A DNA stretch of 64,000 nt from Desulfurococcales archaeon (GCA_027022365.1 JALVYU010000007.1:96001-160000); one strand, 5' to 3'; positions 28,128 through 40,009 are shown, counted from the stretch's first letter. Notes: generated by a model from the sequence alone, not told the origin. Numbers and translations are program-made.

Positions 28128-29216
28128 CACGACTACTGTTACGAGAAGACCCACAAGATTAATGCCTATTATACGGTTCTTTGAAGCTGTATAGATATCA
28201 AAATAGTAAATGAGCAATGGATACATGGCAAGAGTACTGATAATACCTATGAATGCTGAACCGAATATTACCAGTTCTTCAAGTGCACTATGGCCTACGT
28301 AGGCTATTATACATGACAGTATAAACATGAAGGCTACCACTGAGTAGAATACCTGGCTGATCTCCGATACTCTTGTCTTTAATACTTTAATGGATCCAGA
28401 AATAATTCTGCCAACCGTAACAAAGATGGTCGACATAGCTAAAATAGTGGTTGATATGAGGCCGATAACGACAAGATACGAGTAATAATAGTCTTGTGAT
28501 GTAAGCGCTAATGCTCCTATGATGCTTGTTCGAATGTTAGTTATAGACGCTATTCCACTTATTGAGAAACTGATAATTATCGAAACAAGTAGTGATAAGC
28601 TTAGATCACCTAGATAATCATCGTCCTCTTGGACTAACATTGAATAGGGACTAGAAGCGGCTCCCCAAAGAGCAATTATCATCAGGAGAGACGGAGTACT
28701 ATAAGATAACATCCTATCTACAGAGCCGTGAAACAAAGAAATAATGAAAGCCACAAAGTAGATTAAAAGAAATAATGACAAACCAGCAAGTATTTTCTCT
28801 ATTGATCTACCGATACGTGAATTGCCTGGAATAAGTGATGCAACTAGAACTACCAGTAGCAGGTATGGTAGCCAGGATCCACCAAATAGATTACTTAGAA
28901 GCACAGAGATTATGATCGCGTTTACAAGCAGTACCAGAATCGAGCCAAAATATATTGTAACCAGGTAGAAAACACCTGTCTTTCTCCTGTGCCTGAGGAG
29001 ATATGATGATGGTGTCGTGCCGTAAAGTATCTTGGGCACAGTTATTGCTTCTTGGACGAATATCATTGGTATAATACTTATTGTGACAAGTAAAACTCCT
29101 ATTAATCCATATAATCTCCCAAACAACATGTACATAAACACGTTTGTTAGCTCGATCCCCGATAAAACAGCTATAAAACCGGGCCCAAGGTTCTTCATTA
29201 TTTTCTTCATACACAA
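28092..29216 (-). CDS. Divergent NRAMP-like transporter
   Basis: 'LGPGFIA..SGIELTN' and 'WGAASSPY' motifs; about 11 TM segments. Confidence 0.55.
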   Translation of the reverse strand: MCMKKIMKNLGPGFIAVLSGIELTNVFMYMLFGRLYGLIGVLLVTISIIPMIFVQEAITVPKILYGTTPSSYLLRHRRKTGVFYLVTIYFGSILVLLVNAIIISVLLSNLFGGSWLPYLLLVVLVASLIPGNSRIGRSIEKILAGLSLFLLIYFVAFIISLFHGSVDRMLSYSTPSLLMIIALWGAASSPYSMLVQEDDDYLGDLSLSLLVSIIISFSISGIASITNIRTSIIGALALTSQDYYYSYLVVIGLISTTILAMSTIFVTVGRIISGSIKVLKTRVSEISQVFYSVVAFMFILSCIIAYVGHSALEELVIFGSAFIGIISTLAMYPLLIYYFDIYTASKNRIIGINLVGLLVTVVVLTLIILLSFLF

Positions 29217-29260
29217 CCCGTAAATCTATAACATGCGTATGGATTAAAAACGCAGGGCTC

Positions 29261-29509
29261 TTACTTGTTTGAGAGAATCCTCATTATCTCATTGATCTTC
29301 TTGTCATCTATCTCTCCCATGACGACAATTATTCCGTTGGAGCGTGGCCGAATACTTTTAGACCTAGTTCCGGAATCGGCCTTGTTTTCTGCAACATGTC
29401 TTCTTGAACTTGCTTTTATCTTCGTATGATTAAACAGAAGTGGTATTGCTAGTATCGTCATGTATGTAGTGATCATTATTATGCCGATCACATCTATCAT
29501 TAGCAACAC
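29261..29509 (-). CDS. Small single-TM hypothetical protein
   Basis: N-terminal TM segment with a soluble tail. Confidence 0.5.
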   Translation of the reverse strand: MLLMIDVIGIIMITTYMTILAIPLLFNHTKIKASSRRHVAENKADSGTRSKSIRPRSNGIIVVMGEIDDKKINEIMRILSNK

Positions 29510-29677
29510 CGCTAACCACTGCTTATCCGGTATTTAAATCGCCTATAGCCGGGTTTTTAAATGGGGGATAGGATATTAGCGGGATATATCAAGAGTATAT
29601 AAGTGTTTCTACACTCCAGTAATACAGAGTTAATCATAAAGTATCTAGAAAGAAGATTATACTTCCATGGTGATTTA

Positions 29678-30574
29678 ATGGTAAAGATCGGGCTAATATA
29701 TAAGCAACTAACACCACGAGACATTAAGGTATTAAATAGTATAGAGAGAGGGATGAAGAGATACGAGTATGTGCCATTAGAACTTATCGAAAAATACTCA
29801 AAATTACCCGAGACACACATTGTCCTGATTCTCTCAAAACTCCACAGACTAAAACTCGTTAAACGCAAAACAATTGCTGGATATAAATCGTTCCGATTAA
29901 CATATTTGGGTCTCGACATGCTTGCATTAAACACGTTTGTCCGCATGAATGTGGTCGAGGCTATAGGCGATAAAGTAGCTGTGGGTAAGGAGAGCGAGAT
30001 ATTCTGTGCTCTAGCACCTGGCGGTAAACAGATCGCTGTGAAATTCATGAGGATCGGTAGGACAAGCTTCCATATGACTCGCCGAGTAAGAGAGTGGGCT
30101 GATAATCCTCGGTTAGACTGGTATAAGCAAGCCAAGATCGCCGCGGAGAGAGAGTACAAGGCGACAAAGGAGATCTACAGAGAGGGCGGCAGTGTTCCAT
30201 CACCGATTGCATATAACAGGCACGCAGTCGTCACTGAGTTTATTGAAGGCGTTGAACTGTATCGGAAGCCTGAAATACATGATCCCCACGCCGTTCTGGT
30301 GAAAATCCTTGATACCGTACGTATCGCTTATACAAAAGTCGGGATCGTACACGGTGATCTAAGCGAGTACAATGTATTGGTCGATCTCACGAACAATAGG
30401 CCCTATATAATAGACTGGCCCCAATATGTTTACAAGGAGCACCCCCAATCGGAAGAACTATTGAGGAGAGATATAGAATATATAATCAGATTCTTCCGTA
30501 AGCAATACAGGGTAGAAATAGACACTGCTAAAGCTCTCAAATATGTGCGGGGAGAAGATGAACAAATCGAATGA
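29678..30574 (+). CDS. rio2: RIO2-type Ser/Thr kinase
   Basis: N-terminal wHTH, GKES, GRTSF, HGDLSEYN and IDWPQ motifs. ATG 29678 follows SD GGTGA. Confidence 0.93.
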   Translation: MVKIGLIYKQLTPRDIKVLNSIERGMKRYEYVPLELIEKYSKLPETHIVLILSKLHRLKLVKRKTIAGYKSFRLTYLGLDMLALNTFVRMNVVEAIGDKVAVGKESEIFCALAPGGKQIAVKFMRIGRTSFHMTRRVREWADNPRLDWYKQAKIAAEREYKATKEIYREGGSVPSPIAYNRHAVVTEFIEGVELYRKPEIHDPHAVLVKILDTVRIAYTKVGIVHGDLSEYNVLVDLTNNRPYIIDWPQYVYKEHPQSEELLRRDIEYIIRFFRKQYRVEIDTAKALKYVRGEDEQIE

Positions 30575-32603
30575 CCGAGGAAACATGGTCATAGCGGGAG
30601 TAGACATACTTCCCGGCTATAGCCCTTCATCATCTAATAAACAACCTCATTATGCAGTAGTATTCCTCAGAAATGGTGAGGTCATAGACAGCTACGAAGA
30701 CGTTAGTTTTGCACGCATGATAAGACTACTCTGGGAATATAAACCCGATATACTGGCAATAGATAATGTCTTCGAGCTGAAAGAGACAGTTAGCGGTCTC
30801 TCCAAGCTGCTCACACTCTTCCCGCCTAACACTAGAATCGTCCAAGTAACAGGGTGGGGTCCCGAAGCAGTTAATATCAAGACTGTCGCCCGAAATCTCG
30901 GGATAGATGTCCATGGCAAACTATCTCCTCTTAAAACAGCTTACTTGGCAGCAATGATTGCATGGAAAGGTGGAGGAGCAACCCTTCGCCTCCTAGAAGA
31001 GAAGACAAAGATCATAGTCACGAAGGGTAGAAGCGTAAGCCACGGAGGCATGAGCTATAATCGGTTCATGAGAAGTATAAGAGCCTCTATCCTAGCAACA
31101 ACTAAGGAGATCAAGCGGATACTTGATAAGAACAAACTAGACTACGATGTAACCTTTAAGAAAAGCATGGGAGGCCTCGAAAGAAGTGTCTTCGTGGTGT
31201 ATGCGCCGCGCGAGAAACTCTATGGACTAATAAAACCCATTAAGAACAAAAGCGTCCGTGTTATCATTAAACCGATATATCGGGAAAAAATTGTTCTCGA
31301 AACACCACATAAAAAGCCTGGCAAGAGCCGCGGAATAATTATAGGGTTAGACCCTGGTATCTATACTGGTGTAGCCGTTATAGATCTTGATGGAACCCCT
31401 CTTCTGGCATTCAGTTCTAAGAACCTTGATAGAGCAGATATCCTCGGAATGGTCTCAGGGCTTGGAAGAGTAGTAATGGTGGCCACGGATGTCTCTAAAC
31501 CACCCGCCAATGTTAAGAAGCTAGCGTCAACTCTAAATGTACAACTTTTCACTCCTGATAGAGATCTTTCTACTGAGGAAAAACAGGAGATAGTACGAGA
31601 CATCAGGGCCAAATATCCATGGATCGAGATAGATGATACTCATGAGCGCGACGCATTAGCTGCCGCGTACAAAGCATACCTTACCATAAGAGATAAGATG
31701 ATACAAGCCGAGGCCAAAGCCTCTGAAATGACATTTCCAATTAATATTGATCGGGTCAAGATAATGGTTGCAATGGGTGCTAGCATAGCAGAAGCAATCG
31801 AGCACGAGATAGAGACGGCCGTTGCAATGGTCAAGGAAGAAGTGGAAGCCCCCAGGAAGAAGCCGAGAAGGACACAATCGTTTGGTGAGAAGGAGCTCAT
31901 GGATAAAATAGATAATCTATCCCGGAAAATCAAGGTGCTCGAGGCCGAGAAGCGCAGGCTTTTGGATCAGCTTGAACAATATAAAAGACGGGTCGAAGAG
32001 CTTGAACTAGAGCTCAGAACACTGAGGCTCAGCCGCAGCGATAATGATGAGTTTGCTCGTCGCATCTATATATTGGAGCAAGAAAATAGAGACTTGTCGC
32101 AGAGACTGAAAAAGGCTCTTGAAGAACTACATCGTACTAAGAAGGAGAAGAAGAACCTTATTGAGATAGCGAAAAAGATAGTTCGTGGAAACTATGTAAA
32201 CGTGCTCTCCACGGAAATATTCAGTCCCAGCCTGATCTCATTGGTCCGGAACAGTGACTATCCTCCATTAATTCACGTACGTAATCCCGGAACATTATTG
32301 GCCGAACATATATTGTTGCTTAAACAGGAGAGGATAGGATTACTCCTTGAAAAACCCATTAGTATTAATGGAGTACCCGTTCTCGATCTCAATAATTATG
32401 ATCATGCATTTCTGGAAGATGAATTATTCGTCGAATCACGAGTTATCGGGGACTTAGAGAATGCGTGGGAGGAGATCGTAAGAAGAGAGGAGGAAGATAA
32501 ATTCATGAAAATGGTCAAGTTGATCGAAGACTACAAGAAGGAAAGGATGAAGAGATTGGGACTAAAAAAAGAACCGAGTCTCTGGGAATTCGACAAATAT
32601 TAG
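30543..32603 (+). CDS. DUF460 RNase H-fold coiled-coil protein
   Basis: GVDI, GGMS..RF.R, GLDPG, ATDV and [10 protein letters not shown] motifs; coiled coil. Confidence 0.85.
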   Translation: MCGEKMNKSNDRGNMVIAGVDILPGYSPSSSNKQPHYAVVFLRNGEVIDSYEDVSFARMIRLLWEYKPDILAIDNVFELKETVSGLSKLLTLFPPNTRIVQVTGWGPEAVNIKTVARNLGIDVHGKLSPLKTAYLAAMIAWKGGGATLRLLEEKTKIIVTKGRSVSHGGMSYNRFMRSIRASILATTKEIKRILDKNKLDYDVTFKKSMGGLERSVFVVYAPREKLYGLIKPIKNKSVRVIIKPIYREKIVLETPHKKPGKSRGIIIGLDPGIYTGVAVIDLDGTPLLAFSSKNLDRADILGMVSGLGRVVMVATDVSKPPANVKKLASTLNVQLFTPDRDLSTEEKQEIVRDIRAKYPWIEIDDTHERDALAAAYKAYLTIRDKMIQAEAKASEMTFPINIDRVKIMVAMGASIAEAIEHEIETAVAMVKEEVEAPRKKPRRTQSFGEKELMDKIDNLSRKIKVLEAEKRRLLDQLEQYKRRVEELELELRTLRLSRSDNDEFARRIYILEQENRDLSQRLKKALEELHRTKKEKKNLIEIAKKIVRGNYVNVLSTEIFSPSLISLVRNSDYPPLIHVRNPGTLLAEHILLLKQERIGLLLEKPISINGVPVLDLNNYDHAFLEDELFVESRVIGDLENAWEEIVRREEEDKFMKMVKLIEDYKKERMKRLGLKKEPSLWEFDKY

Positions 32604-33838
32604 TATAGCGTCTCCTTGCCTTCCAGTATTAGGTTAGTTATCTTCGTTATATTGGCGAGCTCCTCATCGGCTATGGCTACGGCCTCAGATTTAATGTGAG
32701 CTGGTATTTCGTCGGTGTTGTTTGGCGGTATGATCTTTATGCTAGCCATGAGGGGTTGATCGATGGGTTTACCTATCTGGCTTAGTAGCTCAACGTAAAC
32801 ATCTCTGGCATAGTCGAGCTCCTTATATATTCTCTCAGCTATTCTCCTGGCAACAATATTGTAGATCTTACCCACATGGTTCACCGGGTTCTTGCCAGCT
32901 GTTGCCTCGAGGCTTATAGGCCTCATTGGAGGGATTAAACCATTGGCACGGTTTCCTCTGCCTGTCGCACCGTCGTCTCCATGCTCGGCCGATGTACCAG
33001 TGACTGTTAGGTAAACAATGCCTTTCTCAGGCATATCAGCAGTATTTACGTAAACCTTAACATCGTAGTCGGGGACGATTTTGGATGCTAGGTCTAGTAC
33101 GTCGTTGACTATTTGTTCTTTTACGCTTAGGTATTCATCCAAGTCTTTGACCAGCGAATCGATTATGGCCGCGGCAATCGTTAGGACTATACTCTTTTCC
33201 CTACGCAACCCCATTACTTTTATGTCTTCGCCAACAGCAGGGTTTTTCTTCTTGTACTCGGGGGAGTTCAGGAGCTTCTCAGTATTATAGACGAGTTTCT
33301 CGAGAGGGGATAAGGGGGCGTATCCGACCCCGATGCTCGTATCGTTTGCAAGGGGGGCGCTTGTTCCTGCTTCGAATACAGAAACAAGGTCGGCGCTTCC
33401 TTTGCGTACTTTATAATCAATAATCACGTGAACGTCTGGATCGAGGAACCTCATGTTCTTCTTCAGCCAGTTTCTTACAGCTTCAACAATTATTCTACCA
33501 TAAGGTATCTTCAATACACCGTCTTCCGTTTTTACCTCTGTTGTTGCTCTACCGGCAACGACTATGTAGATTGGTTCAAGTACAGTGCCTCCACCAAATC
33601 TTGGATTGGCTTGTCCTCCAACCAGCAATGTCTTGTCGAGATTATGGTGGAGGATTACGCCGAACTCTTTCAAATAGTATTTGCTTAGAAGCCTCGACGC
33701 TTCTTCGCTTGCTGAATCGGCAATGTAGTCGGGATGGCCGAGTCCTTTGCGTTCCACCAGCTCTACCTTCATATCGGTTACGCTCTCGAACTTTAATGCC
33801 TCGACAACAATGTTTCTTTCAACCATGTTGACCACCAT
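32600..33838 (-). CDS. mat: Archaeal S-adenosylmethionine synthetase
   Basis: [27 protein letters not shown] and [10 protein letters not shown] motifs. Confidence 0.96.
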   Translation of the reverse strand: MVVNMVERNIVVEALKFESVTDMKVELVERKGLGHPDYIADSASEEASRLLSKYYLKEFGVILHHNLDKTLLVGGQANPRFGGGTVLEPIYIVVAGRATTEVKTEDGVLKIPYGRIIVEAVRNWLKKNMRFLDPDVHVIIDYKVRKGSADLVSVFEAGTSAPLANDTSIGVGYAPLSPLEKLVYNTEKLLNSPEYKKKNPAVGEDIKVMGLRREKSIVLTIAAAIIDSLVKDLDEYLSVKEQIVNDVLDLASKIVPDYDVKVYVNTADMPEKGIVYLTVTGTSAEHGDDGATGRGNRANGLIPPMRPISLEATAGKNPVNHVGKIYNIVARRIAERIYKELDYARDVYVELLSQIGKPIDQPLMASIKIIPPNNTDEIPAHIKSEAVAIADEELANITKITNLILEGKETLY

Positions 33839-33991
33839 CAGCTTCTAGTCTAAATACATATGTTCTTAGAATTTTCTAGTATGTAGAAAGTAATTTTAAG
33901 TGTATTTATCCATCCCTTATTGTTCCCACTGATTGAAATTAACATATTTTGTTTGAAAATAAAACTAAGAGAGCACTAATTTATTGTTTTT

Positions 33992-36001
33992 TCAATTATT
34001 ATAAGTATCTCCTTTACCAGCCTTTATTATGCGGGATGGCCCTGGGACTCTATACATGATTTCCTCGCTGGTAACAGACAAGGTAGTATTTGCTCTATTT
34101 CTAAGCACCGCCATGATCTTATCAGCTAATTCTTTTCCACGGTGTTCACCCGGTATAAGTACTACATATGCTAGGCTTCGCTGCCTAACTAGGTGTTCGG
34201 GCCCAATAATAACTCTCTGATACACACCATAGATAGGATCATCTATTTCCTCGATCCCTAGGGCGAGTTTCATCTCCACCCTAAGAAACTGTTTCTTGCC
34301 GTAAACCATGAAGGCACCCTTAGCGAGATATTCACCGCTTGGAGGCGATTTCGATACCTGATCGCCCCTCACCCAAAACACATCGAGGGCCCCCACGCCC
34401 TCCTTCCAGCCCCTCGAATAACACGCCGCTATAACTGCTGCCTCCTCGATACTTTTAATACCTGGATTCTTTCCCTGGGTCTTGATTACTGTGGCGGGAC
34501 CACCGTGTATCTCCGCGTGCAAGAATATATCTTCTGGCGACAAGTATTTTCTCACAATGGTCTCGTTTTGTCCTGCGTCCCTTCCGCCGATGACGAGGAA
34601 TCCCTCGCTGGTTATAAGCCAGTGATATTTCTCGTACCAGTGCCTAGGCCTTATCCCCTTAGTGATCCTGGTCTCAATTTTAGATCTCTTCTCCTCAAGC
34701 TCCCGGATTCTTTCCAGAAGTTTTTCCGCCTCTTTCTCCGCTCTCCTTGCTTTCCCGCGTAGCTCTCCTGCTTTCCTCTTCATTTCTAGGATGTTTTTCC
34801 ACGCATCAAACCTAACATTTATCTCTACAGGTTCACCGCGTACTTTCACCAAAACTTTGCCTTCACTAGGATTAACTGAAACTATCCCTGGACATTTCTC
34901 CCTAACTTTCTCCCATCCACCCTCTTTTCTGGTCCGATCTATACATTCAAGTAATTTTTCAAACAACGGGTAATTCGCCTGTAGTATATCGGAGATCTTT
35001 TCCAGTTTTTCAGCCTTCGCCTTATACTCGCCAATAGTTTTATATAATTTCTCATATGATTTCTTGAGCCTGCTAATTTCACTCATTATTCTTAATTCTT
35101 CCTGCTTTTCCGCAAATCTTCTCTCATATAGGGAGAAATACGGATCTAGGGCTTCATCAAGGGTATTCATTTCCTTGATTTCGGCCTCATATAGCATAGT
35201 GTATAGGATAGGTTTGTATGCAGTTACTAGTTCGAGTCTATTATCTATGTAAATGAGGTAACCTCTTCCTTGATAAGCCTCATCAAGTAGTTCGCTCAAC
35301 TTATCTTTTAATACAGCGACATCGCTGTCCGAGATTTTGCTGGGTTTAGCGGATTTAGAATCGTATAGTCCCGCGCGGAGCAGTATTTCCTCAGCAATAT
35401 AGCCCGGCAGCCCCCATCCCTTTACGATGCCGCGGACTAGGTCTTTTCCCCGGAGAAGCAGGCCCCGTAGCTCGTCGGTGCTCATAGTAATTAGGCTAGG
35501 CCTTAATGGTGGTGGGCGATATATTTGCCCCCTCTTGATCTCTCTATCTCTTAGTTTTTCAAATCTATTTGCATATAGGATCTTGTTATCCTCATCAGTT
35601 ATAACGAGGAAGCCACGAGGTATGATCTCATTGTAAATCATTAGTACTCTATCACGGCACTCAATCGTAAGTCTAACTATTCGTTCCCACCAAGGCATAT
35701 CGATTTGCCTTATTCTACATCCACGTATGTATTTCCTGAAATAAGCAGCGATGCGGTCGATTCCTTTCTCTCTCGGTTCAACCCTTGATAGGTGTATTCT
35801 CACACTTGGCTCTATTTTGAGCAGCGTCTTCCCCCTATTAGGACATCTAAGCTTAAATAGCCAGTAGTGACCGCACCAGTAGATATTCTCGATTCTACAT
35901 CCGCTCAGACTTTTTCCCGTATTTGTACACCAGCTTATTAGGTCGATTATGTCCATTGATTTTTTGATCAATAATATACACCCATTATCTGGATGCGACA
36001 C
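33992..36001 (-). CDS. rqcH: Ribosome rescue factor RqcH (NFACT/Rqc2)
   Basis: NFACT-N, HhH, coiled coil, GGRDA.QNE, HAEIHG and PPSGEYL..GAF motifs. Confidence 0.92.
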   Translation of the reverse strand: MSHPDNGCILLIKKSMDIIDLISWCTNTGKSLSGCRIENIYWCGHYWLFKLRCPNRGKTLLKIEPSVRIHLSRVEPREKGIDRIAAYFRKYIRGCRIRQIDMPWWERIVRLTIECRDRVLMIYNEIIPRGFLVITDEDNKILYANRFEKLRDREIKRGQIYRPPPLRPSLITMSTDELRGLLLRGKDLVRGIVKGWGLPGYIAEEILLRAGLYDSKSAKPSKISDSDVAVLKDKLSELLDEAYQGRGYLIYIDNRLELVTAYKPILYTMLYEAEIKEMNTLDEALDPYFSLYERRFAEKQEELRIMSEISRLKKSYEKLYKTIGEYKAKAEKLEKISDILQANYPLFEKLLECIDRTRKEGGWEKVREKCPGIVSVNPSEGKVLVKVRGEPVEINVRFDAWKNILEMKRKAGELRGKARRAEKEAEKLLERIRELEEKRSKIETRITKGIRPRHWYEKYHWLITSEGFLVIGGRDAGQNETIVRKYLSPEDIFLHAEIHGGPATVIKTQGKNPGIKSIEEAAVIAACYSRGWKEGVGALDVFWVRGDQVSKSPPSGEYLAKGAFMVYGKKQFLRVEMKLALGIEEIDDPIYGVYQRVIIGPEHLVRQRSLAYVVLIPGEHRGKELADKIMAVLRNRANTTLSVTSEEIMYRVPGPSRIIKAGKGDTYNN

Positions 36002-36064
36002 TATAATAATTATAAATATGTTTTATCTAGTTGTATTCCCCTAGAAATCCCTGGTGCTACAGCC

Positions 36065-36352
36065 TTGTTTAGCTACAATAGAATAGATGATGAGATCGTT
36101 AAGATCAGGGGATTAATAGGCTTGTTTTACGGGATCACGGCCTATGTATTGTATAGGATCGGTTTGTGGAGTAATCCGCTGTTATCCAGTATTGTATGGA
36201 TGCTATCGGTGATTGTGTATATAGGCACGATCTTGTTTGTAGCTAAAAAACTTGGTGCCAATGACTGGTTCCACGGGTTCTTCAGAGGGATTGTTACTTA
36301 TTACTGTACATGGCTATTAGTTCTATTCATCCTCTATGACCTCATTGGATAA
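36065..36352 (+). CDS. Three-TM membrane protein, EMC6/Rab5ip-like
   Basis: Three TM segments; C-terminal 'RGIVTYYCTWLLVLFILYDL'. Start is uncertain (ORF opens at 35993). Confidence 0.55.
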   Translation: MFSYNRIDDEIVKIRGLIGLFYGITAYVLYRIGLWSNPLLSSIVWMLSVIVYIGTILFVAKKLGANDWFHGFFRGIVTYYCTWLLVLFILYDLIG

Positions 36353-36943
36353 TATTTCCTTCAAAATATGATCTGGCACCCGCTTAGATAGGAGATACTC
36401 TTTTAGTCCTGGAGCCAATACAGGCTTGTTATCCCTGATAGGGTATCGGAACGGTAAGAAGACGTGTCCCTCCCTAGTATTGATCTTCACACCATCAACA
36501 TATTTGAATTCATTCATAGAGCCGTGCTTCCATAAATACATCACATAATAAACAGTTCCGTCAATACTGTACTGTCCCTCCCCGATGTTTCTCTTTTCAG
36601 CTCTAGGTGCTCTAGAGCTTAGCAGTTCCTTAGTCCTGCCACGTGGCGGGTAATCACCTAGTATTCCACCTACTACTATATATTTGCCGAGGAGATCATC
36701 ATATGTCAATGGTTTTTCAGCCTGGGGATCAAGGATTACGATCTTCTCTTGCGGCACAAGCTCTAATATACTCTTCTCATATACTCGGCCATATTTGCAC
36801 AATATCCTCTTGTACCTTGCTGGTATATTTGTAAACCAGAGCATGCCCCTGTCTCCGACTATTAGGCCCGCATGCCTGTATTCAAGAAGTATCCATAAGC
36901 TCATCTCAGGCTCAAGATGCTCGATCACTATGGTGGGCTTCAT
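36323..36943 (-). CDS. Sfm1-like SPOUT methyltransferase
   Basis: IEHLE, LEY, LDPQAE and GGILGDYPPRGRT motifs. Confidence 0.85.
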   Translation of the reverse strand: MKPTIVIEHLEPEMSLWILLEYRHAGLIVGDRGMLWFTNIPARYKRILCKYGRVYEKSILELVPQEKIVILDPQAEKPLTYDDLLGKYIVVGGILGDYPPRGRTKELLSSRAPRAEKRNIGEGQYSIDGTVYYVMYLWKHGSMNEFKYVDGVKINTREGHVFLPFRYPIRDNKPVLAPGLKEYLLSKRVPDHILKEILSNEVIEDE

Positions 36944-37836
36944 TTATTGTCCCTCCAAAGCTCTTTTCTCCGGGCTTCAAGCTGCTCTACTGGTTGCCCC
37001 ATATACTCGGCGGCCGTCAATACTTCTGCATTACGAATTGCGGCAATTTCTATGATGTCTATGATCCTGTCTTTATAATCTAGGTCTCTCAGTAAGTGAT
37101 GATCTACAATGATGGTTCTTGGTCCTTCAGCATTACCCGCTATTCTCATTAGATTGTACAAGCCCTTCTCTATGTCTTCCCGTCGCATCTTCTTCCCCTC
37201 AAAATAGGTCGGGGGACCGCTAATGATCAGTATATCGGGTCTTTTCTCTAGAATCCATTTGAGGGGCGCCTCGCTTATTGGGCCCTGTACATCGCTGGCG
37301 TGAAGTATTCTATACCCGTTTATATCTATGAGAGTCATTATTACCCATCCCAGCCTGGTATCGTCGGGTCCATGAGGCATTGGCGGTGAGAATACAAGCC
37401 TAGCACCATCATCTAAGACATATGAGTTCCCATCGGAATAGATTATCTTTCGGGCTATACTATGTACCCCCATTTTCTTCAACAATATATAGGCTCTAAC
37501 CCTCTGGCTGTGATTGATCATTTGCTCCGGGTGTTTTATGTAGAGTATCTTTCCACGGTAAAACTCCTGTTCTCCTTCACGATATAAGTAGTGGTCTCTA
37601 TGGTAATGGCTTATGATAACTATGTCTGCATCGTACATCTCATCATGTATAATCTCCAAGTGCTTCTCCAACCTCTCAAGCTCTATAGGATGTGGGGGCA
37701 ACCCATATCTTCTAGGGGCGAAACTAACGCCTGGATCGATGAAGATCTTATGTGACCCAATATCAATTACTGTAGCCATCCCCCTAGTACCCATGCTATC
37801 GAAACCGATCAGCTTTATCTTGGCCCGCAAATACAT
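36940..37836 (-). CDS. MBL-fold metallohydrolase (UPF0282-like)
   Basis: DSMGTRGMA, IDPG, SHYHRDH, SDVQG and DHHLLR motifs. Confidence 0.87.
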   Translation of the reverse strand: MYLRAKIKLIGFDSMGTRGMATVIDIGSHKIFIDPGVSFAPRRYGLPPHPIELERLEKHLEIIHDEMYDADIVIISHYHRDHYLYREGEQEFYRGKILYIKHPEQMINHSQRVRAYILLKKMGVHSIARKIIYSDGNSYVLDDGARLVFSPPMPHGPDDTRLGWVIMTLIDINGYRILHASDVQGPISEAPLKWILEKRPDILIISGPPTYFEGKKMRREDIEKGLYNLMRIAGNAEGPRTIIVDHHLLRDLDYKDRIIDIIEIAAIRNAEVLTAAEYMGQPVEQLEARRKELWRDNK

Positions 37837-37900
37837 CCTTCCCCAGAGCTCTTCATAGTGAAAGAATTATTTCCATGCTTATTTACTTAGTTCTAAGCGG

Positions 37901-38704
37901 TTGCGATGGTGTAGCGGCTTGAGGCTAGAGATCATAGAGAAACCGAGCCTAGAAAAAGCATTATCATGTATCAAGAAAGCGTTAAACAGCAGGGACTATC
38001 TGGTAGTCTTTGGAGAATGCTACGTAGAGTACGAGGGCAGGGGCTCGTCAAGGCTGACCAGCGGTGAACGAATGCTAATAGTTAAGCAAGATGGAGCGGT
38101 CCTCCTACACAGACCGGAGGGTTATTCTCCGGTCAATTGGCAGCCCTCAACCTCAAGTATTGAAGTAAGGCTTCTGCATGACGGCAAACTATTAATAACG
38201 GCCATTAGGTCTAGGCCACGCGAAATACTGAGAATATACTTCACGAACATCGAAGCAGTGATAAAGGGGCGCCTTAACGATAATGGAGAATTCGTTATGT
38301 ACCTCAGCGAAGCCGAGATCAGGGACATAATCTATGATAACCCAGAAATACTTGAGAAAGGCCTCCGAATAGTGGAGAAGGAGAAACCCATAGATATAGG
38401 CTATATCGACCTATTTGGATACGATATTAATGGAAACCCCGTAATCATAGAGCTAAAAAGAGTGCCCGCCTCCAAGGAGGCGGTGAGACAACTCTATAAT
38501 TATATTGTTCAATACAAGAAAAAGTATGGTATTAGACCGAGAGGCATACTTGTTGCACCGACATTCTATAAGTCGGCAATAGACGTTGCTGAAAAAATGG
38601 GTATTGAGTGGAAAGAGATCAATATACAAAAGCTGTGGCGTACGAAGAAAAAGAGCCGCGAGAAGGAGATGAGCACGCTTGACCGGTTCCTTAAGCGTCG
38701 ATGA
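37901..38704 (+). CDS. nucS: Mismatch-specific endonuclease NucS/EndoMS
   Basis: YEGRG, K.DG.VL.H, PVNWQP, ID...IELKR and QL..Y motifs; PIP-like tail. Confidence 0.93.
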   Translation: MRWCSGLRLEIIEKPSLEKALSCIKKALNSRDYLVVFGECYVEYEGRGSSRLTSGERMLIVKQDGAVLLHRPEGYSPVNWQPSTSSIEVRLLHDGKLLITAIRSRPREILRIYFTNIEAVIKGRLNDNGEFVMYLSEAEIRDIIYDNPEILEKGLRIVEKEKPIDIGYIDLFGYDINGNPVIIELKRVPASKEAVRQLYNYIVQYKKKYGIRPRGILVAPTFYKSAIDVAEKMGIEWKEINIQKLWRTKKKSREKEMSTLDRFLKRR

Positions 38705-39305
38705 ACTATACAATATAACGTCACGTTCTTATGACACGCTTTATCGGGATGAGCAATACCGAAAGTATAGAACTATCTTTAAGATACTCGGCCAAAATAG
38801 TCTCAACATTGTTGCCGATATAGGATGCGGGACAGGCCTCTTAATAGATTATCTAAAGGAAAATAACATACGTTTTAATGAATACGTGTGTATGGATATT
38901 AGTGAAGGCATGATACGGGGAGCACGGGATAAACACAGCGATAACCCCAGGATAGTCTTCATATTAGCAGATGCTGAACAAATGCCTTTCCGAGACACGG
39001 TTTTCTCCGAGATCTTTATGATAACTGTCTGGAATAACATCGATAATAAGAAAGAAACATTAAAGGAAATATTCAGGATTATGGCTGGGGAGGGATCGGC
39101 TGTTGTAACCATCCTTAAAAAAGCCAAGGATATAACTCCCGACATGATAGATGAAAAATTCAAAGCAATAGCGGAAGATATTGATATCATATATGTTTAT
39201 AATAAAAAGGAGTCAATCAGACAATTCTTAAATACACCTAACTATATCATGGTAAAGCAGACCGGGAAAACCACTGAAGAGGATGAACCCCATGGTAGCC
39301 GCTAG
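38679..39305 (+). CDS. Class I SAM-dependent methyltransferase
   Basis: DIGCGTG, DIS and ADAEQMPF motifs. Confidence 0.85.
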   Translation: MTGSLSVDELYNITSRSYDTLYRDEQYRKYRTIFKILGQNSLNIVADIGCGTGLLIDYLKENNIRFNEYVCMDISEGMIRGARDKHSDNPRIVFILADAEQMPFRDTVFSEIFMITVWNNIDNKKETLKEIFRIMAGEGSAVVTILKKAKDITPDMIDEKFKAIAEDIDIIYVYNKKESIRQFLNTPNYIMVKQTGKTTEEDEPHGSR

Positions 39306-39570
39306 AACCACTAGACCCTCAACGCCGCTCAAATACCTTAGGAGCGCTGTGAACCAGACCGTACTAATCAAGCTGAAGGACGGCTATGAATATATAGGCA
39401 CACTAGAGCTCGTAGACCACACTATGAACGTTGTGCTAAGCGATTGTGAGGAGTACGATGATCAGGGCAACAAGGTCGCCCGTTATGGAAAAGTTCTGAT
39501 TCGTGGTAGCCACATATTATTTGTAAGCATAAACTATGGACAGGTAGCACCCGAAATAGCTCTGGGCTAG
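39283..39570 (+). CDS. Sm-like archaeal protein (SmAP/Lsm)
   Basis: Sm1 'LKDG.EY.GTL...D..MN' and Sm2 'IRGS' motifs. Confidence 0.92.
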   Translation: MNPMVAARTTRPSTPLKYLRSAVNQTVLIKLKDGYEYIGTLELVDHTMNVVLSDCEEYDDQGNKVARYGKVLIRGSHILFVSINYGQVAPEIALG

Positions 39571-39580
39571 GTGTCAAGCT

Positions 39581-40009
39581 TTGGCCTACACGTTAAGAGC
39601 CCAAGACATAATGGTTCCCGAGCTAAGATACGTGGACAAGAACACGACGATTAAAGAGGCTGCTCAACGCATCATAAACGAGGGAATAGGTTCTCTCATC
39701 GTAACGGACCAGGGAAGCCCTGTCGGGATCGTTACGAAGAGAGACATAATTTGGGCGGTACTTTTCGAGAAGAGAGACGCCGAGAAAGAAACAGTTGATA
39801 AGATAATGTCCTCTCCACTGATAACAGTTAATGCCGATGATGAAATAGAAGTAATATTAGAGACTATGCTTAGGAATAACCTGACACATTTACCTGTGAG
39901 GATGGGGAATAAATTAGTCGGTATTATAACAGATAATGATCTGGTAATGCTCCTACGTGATCTCCTCGATATTGTCAAAAAGAAACTATCATCAGAAGAA
40001 GAGAAATAA
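39581..40009 (+). CDS. CBS-domain protein (one pair)
   Basis: GIVTKRD and GIITDND CBS motifs. Confidence 0.88.
   Translation: MAYTLRAQDIMVPELRYVDKNTTIKEAAQRIINEGIGSLIVTDQGSPVGIVTKRDIIWAVLFEKRDAEKETVDKIMSSPLITVNADDEIEVILETMLRNNLTHLPVRMGNKLVGIITDNDLVMLLRDLLDIVKKKLSSEEEK

Noticed and set aside
29557-30159. 200-aa antisense ORF over rio2
   Set aside because: Shadow of a conserved kinase gene.
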